DNA of 64,000 nucleotides from Pseudomonadota bacterium (lineage in GTDB: Bacteria > Pseudomonadota > Gammaproteobacteria > Burkholderiales > JAJZUU01). Below the pieces are notes generated by a model. The model did not search any database, was not told where the DNA came from, and saw only the letters and a list, made by a program, of their open reading frames with translations. This document shows, piece by piece, positions 18,953-29,465 of this stretch. The translations under genes and the position numbers were made by a program. The stretch is from contig JAJZUU010000004.1 of the NCBI GenBank assembly GCA_021848325.1, forward strand, positions 8,720-72,719, written 5' to 3'. How positions within the stretch are numbered: position 1 is the first letter of the stretch; each line of letters starts with the position of its first letter.

Positions 18953-21900
18953 ATGACCGCGCGCCTGAGGGAGATTCCCTACAATTACACCTCTTTTTCC
19001 GACCGGGAGATCATTATCCGGCTGCTGGGCGCGGAGGCCTGGAGCGTCCTCAACGAATTGCGGGCGGAGCGCAGGACCGGACGTTCGGCACGCATGCTGT
19101 TCGAGGTGCTGGGCGACATCTGGGTAGTGTCGCGCAACCCCTACCTGCAGGACGACCTGCTGGCCAACAGCAAGCGTCGTGCGGCGCTGGTGGGGGCGCT
19201 GCGCCACCGGCTGGGGGCCATCGAGGAGCGGCGCCAGGACAACCGGAAGGTGGCCGTGCTCCTGGCCGCCGCCCACAAGGCGGTGGATGGGTTCGAGGCG
19301 GATTTCGCCCATACCGCCCGGCTGCGCCGGCAAGTGCTGCGAAAGCTGGCGCCCATTACCCGCCGCGACAACATCCAGTTCGATGGCCTGAGCCGGGTTT
19401 CCCACGTGACGGACGCTACCGACTGGCGGGTGGAATACCCGTTCGTGGTGCTGAACCCCGACACCGAGGCGGAGATAGCCCGCCTGGTGAAGGCCTGCAT
19501 CGACCTGGGGCTGACCATCATCCCCCGCGGCGGGGGCACCGGATACACCGGAGGCGCGATTCCCCTGGACCGCTTCGCCGCCGTGATCAACACCGAAAAG
19601 CTGGACGCCCTGGACCCGGTGGAAGCCCTTGTCCTGCCGGGCCTGAGCGAAGCGGTGGCGACCATCCGCTGCGGCGCCGGGGTGGTCACCCGGCGGGTGA
19701 TGGAAGCGGCGGAGGCGGGAGGCTACGTGTTCGCGGTCGACCCCACCTCCGCCGACGCCTCCTGCATCGGCGGCAACGTGGCCATGAACGCAGGCGGCAA
19801 GAAGGCGGTGCTGTGGGGCACCGCCCTGGACAACCTGGCTTCGTGGCGCATGGTCACCCCGGATGCCCAGTGGCTCACCGTGGAACGGCTGGATCACAGC
19901 CGGGGCAAGATCCACGAGGTCGGGCTGGCGCGCTTTCGCATCACCCGCTACGGTCTCGACGGCAAGACCCCGGCGGGCGCGCCGGAGATCCTGGAGATTC
20001 CCGGCGCAAGCTTCCGCAAGACCGGGCTGGGCAAGGACGTCACCGACAAGTTCCTGAGCGGGCTGCCGGGCATCCAGAAGGAAGGCTGCGACGGGATCAT
20101 CACCTCCGCCCGCTTCATTCTGCACCGGATGCCCCGGCACACCCGCACCGTGTGCCTGGAGTTCTTCAGCCAAGTGCGCGACGCGGTGCCCGCCATCGTG
20201 GAGATCAAGTCCTTTCTCGATGCGCATCCCCTGGCGCAGTTGGCCGGGCTGGAACACCTGGACGCCCGCTACGTGAAGGCGGTGGGTTATGCCACCAAGG
20301 CCGACCGGCCGGACCTCCCCAACATGCTGCTCCTGGCCGACATCGTGAGCGACGACGAGGACGCCGCGGCGCAGGCCGCATCCCACGTGGTCCGGCTGGC
20401 CAATGCCCGGGGCGGCGAGGGATTTATCGCCGTGAGCCCGGAGGCGCGCAAGAAGTTCTGGCTGGACCGGGCGCGCACCGCCGCCATCGCGGCCCATACC
20501 AACGCCTTCAAGATCAACGAGGACGTGGTGATCCCCCTGGATCGCCTGGGAGATTACTCGGACGGGGTGGAACGCATCAACATCGAACTGTCCATCCGCA
20601 ACAAGCTCAAGCTGCTGGGGGCGTTGGAGGCCTTTTTCCGCGGGGAGCTGCCGTTGCAGCGCGATGTGGAGGCGGCGCCCGACCCGGAGCTGCTGGGCAA
20701 CCGGCGGGAGCGGGCGCTCGCCCTGATCGCCGCGGCGCGGCAGCGCTGGCACTGGCTGCTGGACAACCTGGATTCTCCGCTGGCCGAATTTGCCCGCGGC
20801 TTCGCCGCCGAGGAAATGGAAGACGAGGCCGGCGAACCGGCTCATACCGTATTCCACGGGCTGCAGGAGCATGGGGTCAGGGTGTCGTGGAAACGGGAGG
20901 TCCGCAGGGAACTGCACCAGTTGTTCACCGGCCGGGCGTTCCAGCCGATCCTGGAGCGCTGCGACGAGATCCACCGCAACGTGCTGAAGAGTCGCGTGTT
21001 CGTGGCCCTGCACATGCACGCCGGGGACGGCAATGTGCATACCAACATTCCCGTCAATTCGGACGACTACACCATGCTGCAGGAGGCCAACCAGGCGGTG
21101 GCCCGCATCATGGACCTGGCGCGGAAACTGGGGGGCGTGATCTCGGGGGAGCACGGCATCGGCATCACCAAGCTCGAATTCCTCGAGCCCCAGGCCGTCG
21201 CCGTCTTCGCTGCCTACAAGGAGAAGGCCGATCCCCGAGGCCATTTCAACCGGGGCAAGCTGTTGGCGGGCGGTGATCTGCGCAATGCCTACACCCCCAG
21301 CTTCGGCCTGCTGGGAACCGAGAGCCTGATCATGGAGCAGAGCGAGATCGGGCGGATCTCCGCTTCCATCAAGGACTGCCTGCGCTGCGGCAAGTGCAAG
21401 CCGGTGTGCAGCACCCACGTGCCCCGGGCCAATCTGCTCTACAGCCCGCGCAACAAGATCCTGGGCACTAGCCTGCTGATCGAGGCCTTTCTGTACGAGG
21501 AGCAGACCCGGCGCGGGGTCTCGTTGCGGCATTTCGACGAGTTCGGCGACGTGGCGGCCCATTGTACGGTCTGCCACAAGTGCCTCAACCCGTGCCCGGT
21601 GAACATCGACTTCGGCGACGTGTCGGTGGCCATGCGCAATTTCCTGCGCCAGCGCGGCAAGGCCAAGTTCAATCCCGGCAGCTTCGCCTCCATGCTGTTC
21701 CTGAACGCCACCGACCCGTCCTGGGTCAAGCTGACGCGCAAGCTGATGATCGAGTGGGGCTACCGGTTGCAGCGCGGGGCCCATCGGGCCGCCCGCAACC
21801 TGGGCCTGCTCAAGCCCCAGCAACAGCACCCGCCGGCCACCGTGGGCAAGGCGCCGCTCTCCGCCCAGGTGATCCATTTCATCAACAAGCCGATGCCGGC

Positions 21901-22783
21901 GGGTCTGCCCAAGAAGACCTCGCGGGCGCTGCTGGGGCTTGAGGACCATACCATCGTCCCGGTCATCCGCGACCCCCGCAAGGTCACCGAGGAGTCCGAC
22001 GCGGTGTTCTATTTCCCGGGCTGCGGGTCGGAGCGCCTGTTCAGCCAGGTGGCGCTCGCCACCCAGGCCATGCTGTACGAACTGGGCGCGCAGACCGTCC
22101 TGCCGCCGGGTTACCTCTGCTGCGGTTACCCGCAGACCGCTTCCGGCAACCGGGACCGGGGGGAGGAGATCATCACCGCCAACCGGGTACTGTTCCATCG
22201 GGTGGCCAATACCCTCAACTACCTCGACATCAAGACAGTGATCGTCTCCTGCGGGACCTGCATGGACCAGTTGCTGCAGTATCAATTCGACAAGATATTC
22301 CCCGGCTGCCGCCTGCTGGACATCCACGAATACCTGCTGGAAAAGGGGGTGACCCTGAACGGGGCGGACGGGATGCGTTACCTGTACCACGACCCGTGCC
22401 ACACCCCGATGAAGACCCACGACCCGCTGCGGACGGTGAACCGGCTGATGGGGACGGAGGTCGCGCTGTCCGACCGCTGTTGCGGCGAGTCCGGCACCTT
22501 CGCGGTGGTGCGTCCGGACATCGCCACCCAGGTGCGTTTCCGCAAGCTGGAAGAGATCCGGAAGGGGACGCAGGAGATTCGGCAGGCACAGCCGGGGGCG
22601 CCGCTCAGGATTCTGTCGTCCTGCCCCTCTTGCCTGCAAGGGTTGTCGCGCTATAACGATGATGCGGGCATCACGGCGGATTATGTGGTGGTGGAAATGG
22701 CGCGCCGCCTGCTGGGCGAGAACTGGCAGGCGGAGCACCTGGAGAAGGTGGCCCAGGGAGGGATCGAGCGGGTCCTGCTGTAA
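18953..22783 (+). CDS. DUF3683 / FAD-linked oxidase (GlcD-like) / 2x[4Fe-4S] / CCG-domain fusion oxidoreductase (YdiJ-like, extended)
   Basis: ATG at 18953 ([20 protein letters not shown]). FAD-binding region [16 protein letters not shown]. Ferredoxin motifs [14 protein letters not shown] and [15 protein letters not shown]. Two CCG motifs (LCCGYPQ, RCCGESG). Confidence 0.85.
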   Translation: MTARLREIPYNYTSFSDREIIIRLLGAEAWSVLNELRAERRTGRSARMLFEVLGDIWVVSRNPYLQDDLLANSKRRAALVGALRHRLGAIEERRQDNRKVAVLLAAAHKAVDGFEADFAHTARLRRQVLRKLAPITRRDNIQFDGLSRVSHVTDATDWRVEYPFVVLNPDTEAEIARLVKACIDLGLTIIPRGGGTGYTGGAIPLDRFAAVINTEKLDALDPVEALVLPGLSEAVATIRCGAGVVTRRVMEAAEAGGYVFAVDPTSADASCIGGNVAMNAGGKKAVLWGTALDNLASWRMVTPDAQWLTVERLDHSRGKIHEVGLARFRITRYGLDGKTPAGAPEILEIPGASFRKTGLGKDVTDKFLSGLPGIQKEGCDGIITSARFILHRMPRHTRTVCLEFFSQVRDAVPAIVEIKSFLDAHPLAQLAGLEHLDARYVKAVGYATKADRPDLPNMLLLADIVSDDEDAAAQAASHVVRLANARGGEGFIAVSPEARKKFWLDRARTAAIAAHTNAFKINEDVVIPLDRLGDYSDGVERINIELSIRNKLKLLGALEAFFRGELPLQRDVEAAPDPELLGNRRERALALIAAARQRWHWLLDNLDSPLAEFARGFAAEEMEDEAGEPAHTVFHGLQEHGVRVSWKREVRRELHQLFTGRAFQPILERCDEIHRNVLKSRVFVALHMHAGDGNVHTNIPVNSDDYTMLQEANQAVARIMDLARKLGGVISGEHGIGITKLEFLEPQAVAVFAAYKEKADPRGHFNRGKLLAGGDLRNAYTPSFGLLGTESLIMEQSEIGRISASIKDCLRCGKCKPVCSTHVPRANLLYSPRNKILGTSLLIEAFLYEEQTRRGVSLRHFDEFGDVAAHCTVCHKCLNPCPVNIDFGDVSVAMRNFLRQRGKAKFNPGSFASMLFLNATDPSWVKLTRKLMIEWGYRLQRGAHRAARNLGLLKPQQQHPPATVGKAPLSAQVIHFINKPMPAGLPKKTSRALLGLEDHTIVPVIRDPRKVTEESDAVFYFPGCGSERLFSQVALATQAMLYELGAQTVLPPGYLCCGYPQTASGNRDRGEEIITANRVLFHRVANTLNYLDIKTVIVSCGTCMDQLLQYQFDKIFPGCRLLDIHEYLLEKGVTLNGADGMRYLYHDPCHTPMKTHDPLRTVNRLMGTEVALSDRCCGESGTFAVVRPDIATQVRFRKLEEIRKGTQEIRQAQPGAPLRILSSCPSCLQGLSRYNDDAGITADYVVVEMARRLLGENWQAEHLEKVAQGGIERVLL

Positions 22784-22798
22784 CATAAGGAAACATAG

Positions 22799-23212
22799 AT
22801 GCCTTGCGAACTGTGCGTCCAGAGCGGAGACGAGGTGCTGTGGCAGGATGAGCGGTGCCGCGTGGTGCTGGTGGACGACGCGGACTATCCCGGGTTCTGC
22901 CGGGTGATCTGGGCCGCCCATGTGGCGGAGATGACGGACCTCGCGCCGAACGAGCGCAATCGTCTGATGGAAGTGGTGTTCGCGGTGGAGGAGGCGCTGC
23001 GGCAGGTGTTGTCGCCCCACAAGATCAACCTGGCGAGCCTGGGCAACCTCACTCCCCACCTCCATTGGCACGTCATCCCCCGCTACCCCCACGACCGCCA
23101 TTTCCCCAACCCGATCTGGGGCGCGCCGCTGCGCGTCTCCCGGACGATCTTGCCGCCGGAACTGGGCCGGCGCCTGCAACGGGCATTGGACTCCCTGTTG
23201 GCGCGCCCATGA
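22799..23212 (+). CDS. HIT-family hydrolase
   Basis: 137 aa. Histidine triad HLHWHVIPR; N-terminal CxxC (CELC). Confidence 0.85.
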   Translation: MPCELCVQSGDEVLWQDERCRVVLVDDADYPGFCRVIWAAHVAEMTDLAPNERNRLMEVVFAVEEALRQVLSPHKINLASLGNLTPHLHWHVIPRYPHDRHFPNPIWGAPLRVSRTILPPELGRRLQRALDSLLARP

Positions 23213-23247
23213 GCGAAAGGCCTGCCGCAGCGAGGACCCGACTTCGA

Positions 23248-25539
23248 TCAGGCCACTTTATAGCGACGGATGATCTCGCTCAGGGACGCCGCCCGCCCGA
23301 TCAGGTAGCCCTGGGCATAGCGGATGCCGATGCGCCTGATGACCTCCAGTTTTTCCTCGCTGTCGACGTGCTCGGCCACGGTAGGGATGTTCAAGGCGTC
23401 GGCCAGGCCTTGCACCGCCATCAGCAATGCGGTGTTTTCGCTATGCAGGGTCTTCAGCAGGCTGCCGTCGATCTTGAGATAATCCACATCCAGTTGCGAC
23501 AGACTCTGCAGGGAGCCGTATCCCACCCCGAAATCGTCGATGGCGAAGCGGCAGCCGTTTTCCTTGGCGCGGTGGATGAACGACTTGGCGTCGTCGATCT
23601 CCCCGATGGCGGTCGATTCGGTGATCTCCAGGATCAGCCGGGGAGCGGCATCCCGGTGCTGCTCCAGGATTTCGAACAGGCGTTTTTGCAGGTGCCGGTT
23701 GTTCAGGCTGTAGCCCGAGAGGTTGGAGGCGATCACCAGTTCGGGATGGACGGAAAGGGTGCGCATCACCTCCCGCAGCATCAGCACATCGATTTCCCCC
23801 ACCAGGCCGAGCCGCTCGGCGTGGCTGATGAAGTGGGCGGCGTCCAGGCAGCCCCCGTCCGACTGCATCCTTGCCAGCGCCTCGTAATGGCTGACGGTGT
23901 CATCGGCCAGATGCAGGATGGGCTGGAACATGGGCACGATGCTGTGGTCTTCCAGCGCGCTGGTAAGGCGGCTCATCCACTCCTGATCCACCCTTATGCG
24001 GGCCATGCCGGGCATGGCGTGCTCGAAGATCGCCAGGCGGTTGCGCCCGCCCTGCTTGGCCTCGAACAGGGTGGCGTCGGTATGGCTGATCAGCATCTCG
24101 GCCGACAGTTGGGTGTGGCCGTCGAAATAGATGCCGCCTATGCTGCAGGTGACGTGCAGCAACTGGCCCTGATGCAGCAGTTTCATATTCGGGACCCGGT
24201 GCAGCAGTCGCTCGGCAAAGCGGGTGCCGGATTCAAGACTGTGGTTTTTCAGCAGCACCAGGAACTCGTCGCCGCCTGGATGCGCCAGCAGATCGCCCTC
24301 GTCGATTTCGGCGCGCAGCAGACCGGCCAGATGCGCGAGGAACTGGTCCCCCGCCGAGTGGCCGTATCCCTCGTTGATGCGCTTGAAGTGATCCAGGTCG
24401 ACAAACAGCAGCATCCCGGGCTGCCCTGCGGCGATATGCTCGTTGAGACGGCGCGTGAACTCCAGGCGGTTCAGGGTGCCGGTGAGGATATCGTGGGTGG
24501 CCTCCCAGGCGAGCTGCGCTTTCTGCTTGCGCTCCTCCGTGATGTCGCGCACCACGATCACGTAGTATGAGGCCTCGCTGTCCGGAAGCCGCACGCCGCT
24601 GATCAGGATGTCCAGGGTGCGTTTCTGGTCTCCGCCCACGGCAGGAAGATCGGTCACCAGGTGCAGGCTGGCGTCGGCACTGTGGCTGAGATGCCTGTCC
24701 AGGATGTCCCCGAGCGATTCGGTCAGGCCCGGCGTGCCCTGCCGCAGCCGTTCGGCGAAAGGGTTGTAGTATTTGACGCTGAGGTCCTGGTTCAGGATCA
24801 CCACGCCCTCGCTCAGGGACTCTATGGCCTGGGCGGATATCCGCAGGTCGGTGTGTTTTTCCGTAAGCTCGGCGATCAGCCGCGTAATCTCCCCCGACAT
24901 CTGATTGAAGGCCTGGATGGGCAGCCTGAGTTCCGGCATCACATGCTCGTCGATCGGCTCCCGTATCCCCCTGGCCAGCTTTTCCGCCGCCTGCTGCAGC
25001 AACTCCAGGGGGCGAAAGCCGTGGCGCAGGATCCACCACACGCTGACGTTCAGGGTGGCGTAGGCCAACAGCGCCAGCAGGCTCATTTGGCCGGCCACGT
25101 GCCATAGGGAGAGATAGAGGTTTTCGGTGCTGCCGGACAGGGCGAGCTCGCCGTATTTCACCCCTCCCACCGAGATCGTCGCGTGGCTGCGGGGCATCGA
25201 AATGCCGAACCAGCGCGTGAACCAGTCCGGCACCCCCGTGCTGTGCTCGGACTCCCTCAGGCGGGTAATGGGGTGATTGTCGCCGTCGCTGAGATCGAGG
25301 CCGGTAAGATTGGAACCGGCGAACACGGCGCGGCAGATGGTGTCGATGGTGGCGTAGTCCCGGGTAATGAGGGACGTCTTCAATGCCTGGTCGAGCGCCG
25401 TAGCGGTGGCGTTCAGGTAGATTTGCTGTTCCTGCAGCGATTGCTGGCTCTGGCGCCAGGTGGACAGATACAGCATGGAAAGCAGCATCAGGAGCAGGAT
25501 GCCGGATACCAACAGGTCAAGGCGGGTGCGCAGGCTCAT
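23248..25539 (-). CDS. membrane sensor diguanylate cyclase/phosphodiesterase (periplasmic domain-HAMP-PAS-GGDEF-EAL)
   Basis: Start at ATG 25539 (MSLRTRLDLLVSGILLL...), overlapping the upstream stop as ATGA. GGDEF intact (HPGGDEFLVLL). EAL-domain motifs (LILEITES, DDFGVGYGSLQSL, LKIDGSLL). Confidence 0.88.
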   Translation of the reverse strand: MSLRTRLDLLVSGILLLMLLSMLYLSTWRQSQQSLQEQQIYLNATATALDQALKTSLITRDYATIDTICRAVFAGSNLTGLDLSDGDNHPITRLRESEHSTGVPDWFTRWFGISMPRSHATISVGGVKYGELALSGSTENLYLSLWHVAGQMSLLALLAYATLNVSVWWILRHGFRPLELLQQAAEKLARGIREPIDEHVMPELRLPIQAFNQMSGEITRLIAELTEKHTDLRISAQAIESLSEGVVILNQDLSVKYYNPFAERLRQGTPGLTESLGDILDRHLSHSADASLHLVTDLPAVGGDQKRTLDILISGVRLPDSEASYYVIVVRDITEERKQKAQLAWEATHDILTGTLNRLEFTRRLNEHIAAGQPGMLLFVDLDHFKRINEGYGHSAGDQFLAHLAGLLRAEIDEGDLLAHPGGDEFLVLLKNHSLESGTRFAERLLHRVPNMKLLHQGQLLHVTCSIGGIYFDGHTQLSAEMLISHTDATLFEAKQGGRNRLAIFEHAMPGMARIRVDQEWMSRLTSALEDHSIVPMFQPILHLADDTVSHYEALARMQSDGGCLDAAHFISHAERLGLVGEIDVLMLREVMRTLSVHPELVIASNLSGYSLNNRHLQKRLFEILEQHRDAAPRLILEITESTAIGEIDDAKSFIHRAKENGCRFAIDDFGVGYGSLQSLSQLDVDYLKIDGSLLKTLHSENTALLMAVQGLADALNIPTVAEHVDSEEKLEVIRRIGIRYAQGYLIGRAASLSEIIRRYKVA

Positions 25540-26384
25540 CGGGATTCCGCGGCCGCTGCTCGGTGCCGCCACCGGGAGTAGACTTCCCGGGTGCCTGCAT
25601 AGAGCGCATCGTCAGCGGGCTCGAAGGGGGGCATGTCTAAGTTCGCCAAGAGCTCCTTACCTTCCTCGTCTTGCGGCATATTCAGCAGCACGGCCCTGAT
25701 ACGCTCGGCCAGCCCGTCCGGGACCCGTGTCGTGTGGATCAGCAGGGGAATCTGCGGAAAGGGCGCGGACCGGTAGATGACGTGAATGTCGAGACCGTGC
25801 CTCCTGGCATAGGGCGTTGCGAAGCGGGTTGTGACGCCGGCGGCGTCGACCAGTCTCTTGGCCAGCGCCGCCATGCATGCCTGCTGGCTCCCGGTAAAGA
25901 GCGGCCGGAAGCGGATTTGTTCCCGCTCGAGCTGGGTCCAGGTCAGAACCGTGGCGGCGAACGCCTGTGGGGAGGGAAAGGCGATGGTCTTGCCTGCCAG
26001 GTCTTCGAGACGCCAGGGTTTCAGGCTGACCAGCAGCCCCCTCAGGGAACCACGGCCCCAGCGCACAATGGGGCGGTATTCGCGCTGAATGGGCATGTAG
26101 AAGATGTGATTGGTGTACGCCAAATCGAACTCTCCCTTGGCCGTGCGGGCATCGGTTTCCTGCACCGTGCCGCCAATGGCGAGTGTGAAGCGCGCTCCGG
26201 TCTTCCTGCCCAGGTACAGCAACAGCGGATTCCACAGTCTGGCGGTGGCCACGACCGACTGCTGGTTCAGCACGCCGACGGTATAGACTTTCTCATCGGC
26301 GCAGGCCTTGTTGTTGAAAAGCGTGCCGGAAAAAAGCAAAAAGAAGAGGACGAGTTTCCCGTAAAGGGAGGGGATGGGCATCAT
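25536..26384 (-). CDS. PhnD-like periplasmic phosphate/phosphonate-type substrate-binding protein
   Basis: 282 aa. Signal peptide, then YTVGVLNQQS...RFTLAIGGTVQETDARTAKGEFDLAYTNH, typical of the PhnD/PBP-like family. No cognate ABC permease or ATPase nearby. Confidence 0.8.
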   Translation of the reverse strand: MMPIPSLYGKLVLFFLLFSGTLFNNKACADEKVYTVGVLNQQSVVATARLWNPLLLYLGRKTGARFTLAIGGTVQETDARTAKGEFDLAYTNHIFYMPIQREYRPIVRWGRGSLRGLLVSLKPWRLEDLAGKTIAFPSPQAFAATVLTWTQLEREQIRFRPLFTGSQQACMAALAKRLVDAAGVTTRFATPYARRHGLDIHVIYRSAPFPQIPLLIHTTRVPDGLAERIRAVLLNMPQDEEGKELLANLDMPPFEPADDALYAGTREVYSRWRHRAAAAESR

Positions 26385-26545
26385 TTCAGGGCGGTTTTGT
26401 CCCGAATTTCCTGTTATTTTTAAATAAATTTCATTAAATACAATGCGCTAGAATGAACTCCTGAGCCAATATCTTTTGGATGATAGCCAACAACCACCGG
26501 ATTTGCAATGGCTGCGGGGCGCGGCGGGGCCGAGGCAACAGCGGT

Positions 26546-27850
26546 TCAGGCGCCCTGTTCCAGTAGCCGGCGGGCGGGGAAGCACACGCTGAAGGTGCTG
26601 CCTTCGCCGGGTTTGCTCGAAATCTCCAGCCGCGCCTGGTGGCGGGAAAGGACGTGTTTGACGATGGCCAGGCCCAGGCCGGTCCCGCCGGTTTCCCGCG
26701 AGCGGCTGCGGTCGACCCGGTAGAAGCGCTCCGTGAGGCGAGGGATATGGTGCGGTTCGATCCCTTCCCCGGTGTCCTGGACGCTGAATACGCCCTCTCC
26801 CCCCTTTTTCTCCCAGCGCAGGGTGATTTCGCCCCCTTCCGGGGTATAGCGCACGGCGTTGCTGAGCAGATTGCCGAATGCGCTGCGTAGTTCGTGCTCG
26901 CTGCCCAGCACCCCCGACGCGGAAGTCAGCATGAGCCGAATTTCGTGTCTGCCGGCGCTCAGCGTTTGCGCCTCGTTGGCCAGGGTGCTTACCAGCTGGG
27001 GCACGTTGACCCGCTCATCCTTCAGGGCGTCCTGGGCGCTTTCCAGTTTCGACAGGGTGAGCAGATCTTCCACCAGACGCTGCATGCGGTGGGTCTGGTC
27101 CAGCATCAACTGCAAATGTTTGCGCGTCTGCTGGACCTCCCAGCGGTCCATGTGCAGCAGCGTCTCCAGGAACCCCCCCACCACGGTGAGGGGGGTGCGC
27201 ATCTCGTGGGAGACATTGGCCACGAAATCCCTGCGCACGGCCTCCACTCGTTCCAGTTGGGTGATGTCCCGGCTGATCAGCAGTTTTTGCTTATCGCCGT
27301 AGGGAACCATCTGAATGGAGAGGGTGGTGTCGCGGTTGCGCGCCGACTTCAGCAACAAAGGTTCGCTGTAGTTGCGGGCGTTCAGGTAATCGGCGAACTG
27401 GGGTTGGCGCAGCAGATAGGAAATGTGCTGCCCGCGGTCGCGTTCGTTGTCGAGACCGAAATGGACCTCGGCCATGGAGTTGCACCATTCGATCCGGTCC
27501 ACCTCATCCAGCACGACAATGCCGTCCGGCATGGCCTTGGCGGCGTCCTGGAAGCGTTCCAAGGTAACGCTCAACCGGCGCTGGCTGCGGCTTTGCAGAC
27601 GCATCAAGTGGTACAGGGAAGAGAAGGTCTGCTCCCATAGCCCGGAGCCGTGGGGAACGGCGCTCGGCTCGGGCTGCTGAAGCCAGATGTCAAGCTCCCG
27701 CAACTGCCGCAGATGAAAAAACAGAAGCAGCAGCAAGGAGCCGCACAACACGGCCAGCGCCGTTGCCAGGCCGAAGATCCCCCACAGAGGCAACGCGAGA
27801 AGGAGCAGCAGAGCGAGCGTGGTGAGCGGGCGCCACCAGAAATCAGACAC
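26546..27850 (-). CDS. phoR: phosphate regulon sensor histidine kinase PhoR
   Basis: 434 aa. Two N-terminal TM segments, PAS, H-box FVANVSHEMRTPLT, N/G boxes (NAVRYTP, DTGEGI, GGTGLGLAIVKH). Adjacent to phoB. Confidence 0.88.
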   Translation of the reverse strand: MSDFWWRPLTTLALLLLLALPLWGIFGLATALAVLCGSLLLLLFFHLRQLRELDIWLQQPEPSAVPHGSGLWEQTFSSLYHLMRLQSRSQRRLSVTLERFQDAAKAMPDGIVVLDEVDRIEWCNSMAEVHFGLDNERDRGQHISYLLRQPQFADYLNARNYSEPLLLKSARNRDTTLSIQMVPYGDKQKLLISRDITQLERVEAVRRDFVANVSHEMRTPLTVVGGFLETLLHMDRWEVQQTRKHLQLMLDQTHRMQRLVEDLLTLSKLESAQDALKDERVNVPQLVSTLANEAQTLSAGRHEIRLMLTSASGVLGSEHELRSAFGNLLSNAVRYTPEGGEITLRWEKKGGEGVFSVQDTGEGIEPHHIPRLTERFYRVDRSRSRETGGTGLGLAIVKHVLSRHQARLEISSKPGEGSTFSVCFPARRLLEQGA

Positions 27851-27957
27851 GCGGAAATTTCCCGATCATCGAGCCCAACTAGGCGAAGCCCCCATTATCG
27901 CATAACCCCAAATCCGGCAGCGCGCTAACCGCACAGGCGCCGGGATAACGTAAACAG

Positions 27958-28647
27958 TCAGCGCTTCGTGGAGAACCTGTATCCGGCCCCGCGCACGGTC
28001 TGAATCAGGTAATCGTGCCTGGTGGGCTCCAGCGCCCGCCGCAGCCGGCGGATGTGCACGTCCACGGTGCGTTCTTCCACGAACACATGGTCGCCCCATA
28101 CCTGGTCCAGCAGTTGTGCGCGGGAGTAGACCCGTTCCGGATGGGTCATCAGATAATGCAGCAGGCGGAACTCGGTGGGACCCAACTGGAGCGGCTGATC
28201 GTTGCCGGTGACCCGGTGACTCACCGGGTCCAGCCGCAATCCGCCGGTCTCCACCGCGTCTTCGGTCATTTGCGGCGCCCGGCGGCGCAGCAGCGCCTTG
28301 ATGCGGGCGATCAGCTCCCGCGGCGAAAACGGCTTGGTGACGTAGTCGTCGGCGCCGGTGTCCAGGCCGGCGATCTTGTCCTGTTCCTCCCCGCGTGCCG
28401 TCAGCATAATGATGGGAACCGACGACGTGCGGCTGTCGGCGCGGATGCGTTTGGCCAGTTCGATGCCGCTCATCCCCGGCAGCATCCAGTCCAGCAGGAT
28501 GAGGTCGGGCAGCGTTTCCCGGATGGTGGACAAGGCCTGCTCGGCGTTAAGTGCGCCGATCACCGCGTGCCCCGCCTGTTGCAGGTTGAACTTGACCAGT
28601 TCCTGGATCCCGGGCTCGTCCTCTACCAAGAGAATCGTTGCAGACAT
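27958..28647 (-). CDS. phoB: phosphate regulon response regulator PhoB
   Basis: Start at internal ATG 28647 ([18 protein letters not shown]). Receiver [11 protein letters not shown]. OmpR-type winged helix [14 protein letters not shown]...[11 protein letters not shown]. Confidence 0.92.
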   Translation of the reverse strand: MSATILLVEDEPGIQELVKFNLQQAGHAVIGALNAEQALSTIRETLPDLILLDWMLPGMSGIELAKRIRADSRTSSVPIIMLTARGEEQDKIAGLDTGADDYVTKPFSPRELIARIKALLRRRAPQMTEDAVETGGLRLDPVSHRVTGNDQPLQLGPTEFRLLHYLMTHPERVYSRAQLLDQVWGDHVFVEERTVDVHIRRLRRALEPTRHDYLIQTVRGAGYRFSTKR

Positions 28648-28685
28648 TCTGACCTCGCTAGAAAAACTAGGGTAGTAGCCATAAT

Positions 28686-28703
28686 ATGTCACAAATATTG
28701 CAG
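28686..28703 (-). promoter_or_regulatory. candidate Pho box upstream of phoB
   Basis: The minus strand reads CTGCAAT-ATTT-GTGACAT. That is two 7-bp direct repeats, each 2 mismatches from CTGTCAT, with a 4-bp AT spacer, 39-56 nt upstream of the phoB ATG. Confidence 0.35.
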
Positions 28704-28899
28704 TTGGGTTACATCCGCGACCCGGCCCGGCGCGCGCCCTGCCCGAAGATGGCCGGACAGCCCGCAAAAAGGGCGCTCCCCGCCCCTACGGGCAGCGCGG
28801 TTTATGTTTTGCCGCAACTCGGTTATGATTCCAGCTTTCCGGTCTCGGCGCCGTCGGCGCGGCCGGGATGTGTCGCAGAATACGAGCAAGGATGTCAAT

Positions 28900-29310
28900 A
28901 TGGCTGGTTTGGACAAGAACGCTCCCCATCCGACGGAGATCAAGCTGCACCAGAAATCCCGGCAGTTGGAGATTTCGTTCAGCGACGGCAGCAACTTCAG
29001 GCTTCCGGGCGAGCTCCTGCGCGTGTATTCGCCTTCCGCCGAGGTGCGCGGCCACGGACCGGGGCAGGAGGTGCTGCAGGTGGGCAAGCAGGACGTGGAA
29101 ATCACCCACATCGAGCCAGTGGGCAGCTACGCCGTCCAACTCGTTTTTTCCGACGGGCACGATACAGGTATCTACTCCTGGGATTATCTGTACGATCTGG
29201 GGGCCAATCAAGAGGCCCTATGGCAGCGTTACCTGCAGCGCATGGACGAGGCCGGCGCAAGCCGGGAGCCGGTCCCGGGCGCGTTCGAGGCGCGTCCCAA
29301 GTCCAAGTGA
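28900..29310 (+). CDS. DUF971 (gamma-butyrobetaine hydroxylase-like N-terminal domain) protein
   Basis: ATG at 28900 inside long track ORF 28015..29310. LEISFSDGSNFRLPGELLRVYSPSAEV...YAVQLVFSDGHDTGIYSWDYL is the DUF971 pattern. Confidence 0.75.
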   Translation: MAGLDKNAPHPTEIKLHQKSRQLEISFSDGSNFRLPGELLRVYSPSAEVRGHGPGQEVLQVGKQDVEITHIEPVGSYAVQLVFSDGHDTGIYSWDYLYDLGANQEALWQRYLQRMDEAGASREPVPGAFEARPKSK

Positions 29311-29465
29311 GGTTTGCCCGTAGCGGGGCCTTTCCCCCCGCCGGCGGCGGCGGGGTGCCAGGCGCGAACGACGGGACATATCAAACGCATAGGCGAGGGG
29401 TGAGCGAGTGAGCAACGAATCAATGCGGTCGCGCGCCAGGTTCATTTACGATCACTGAGCGCACC

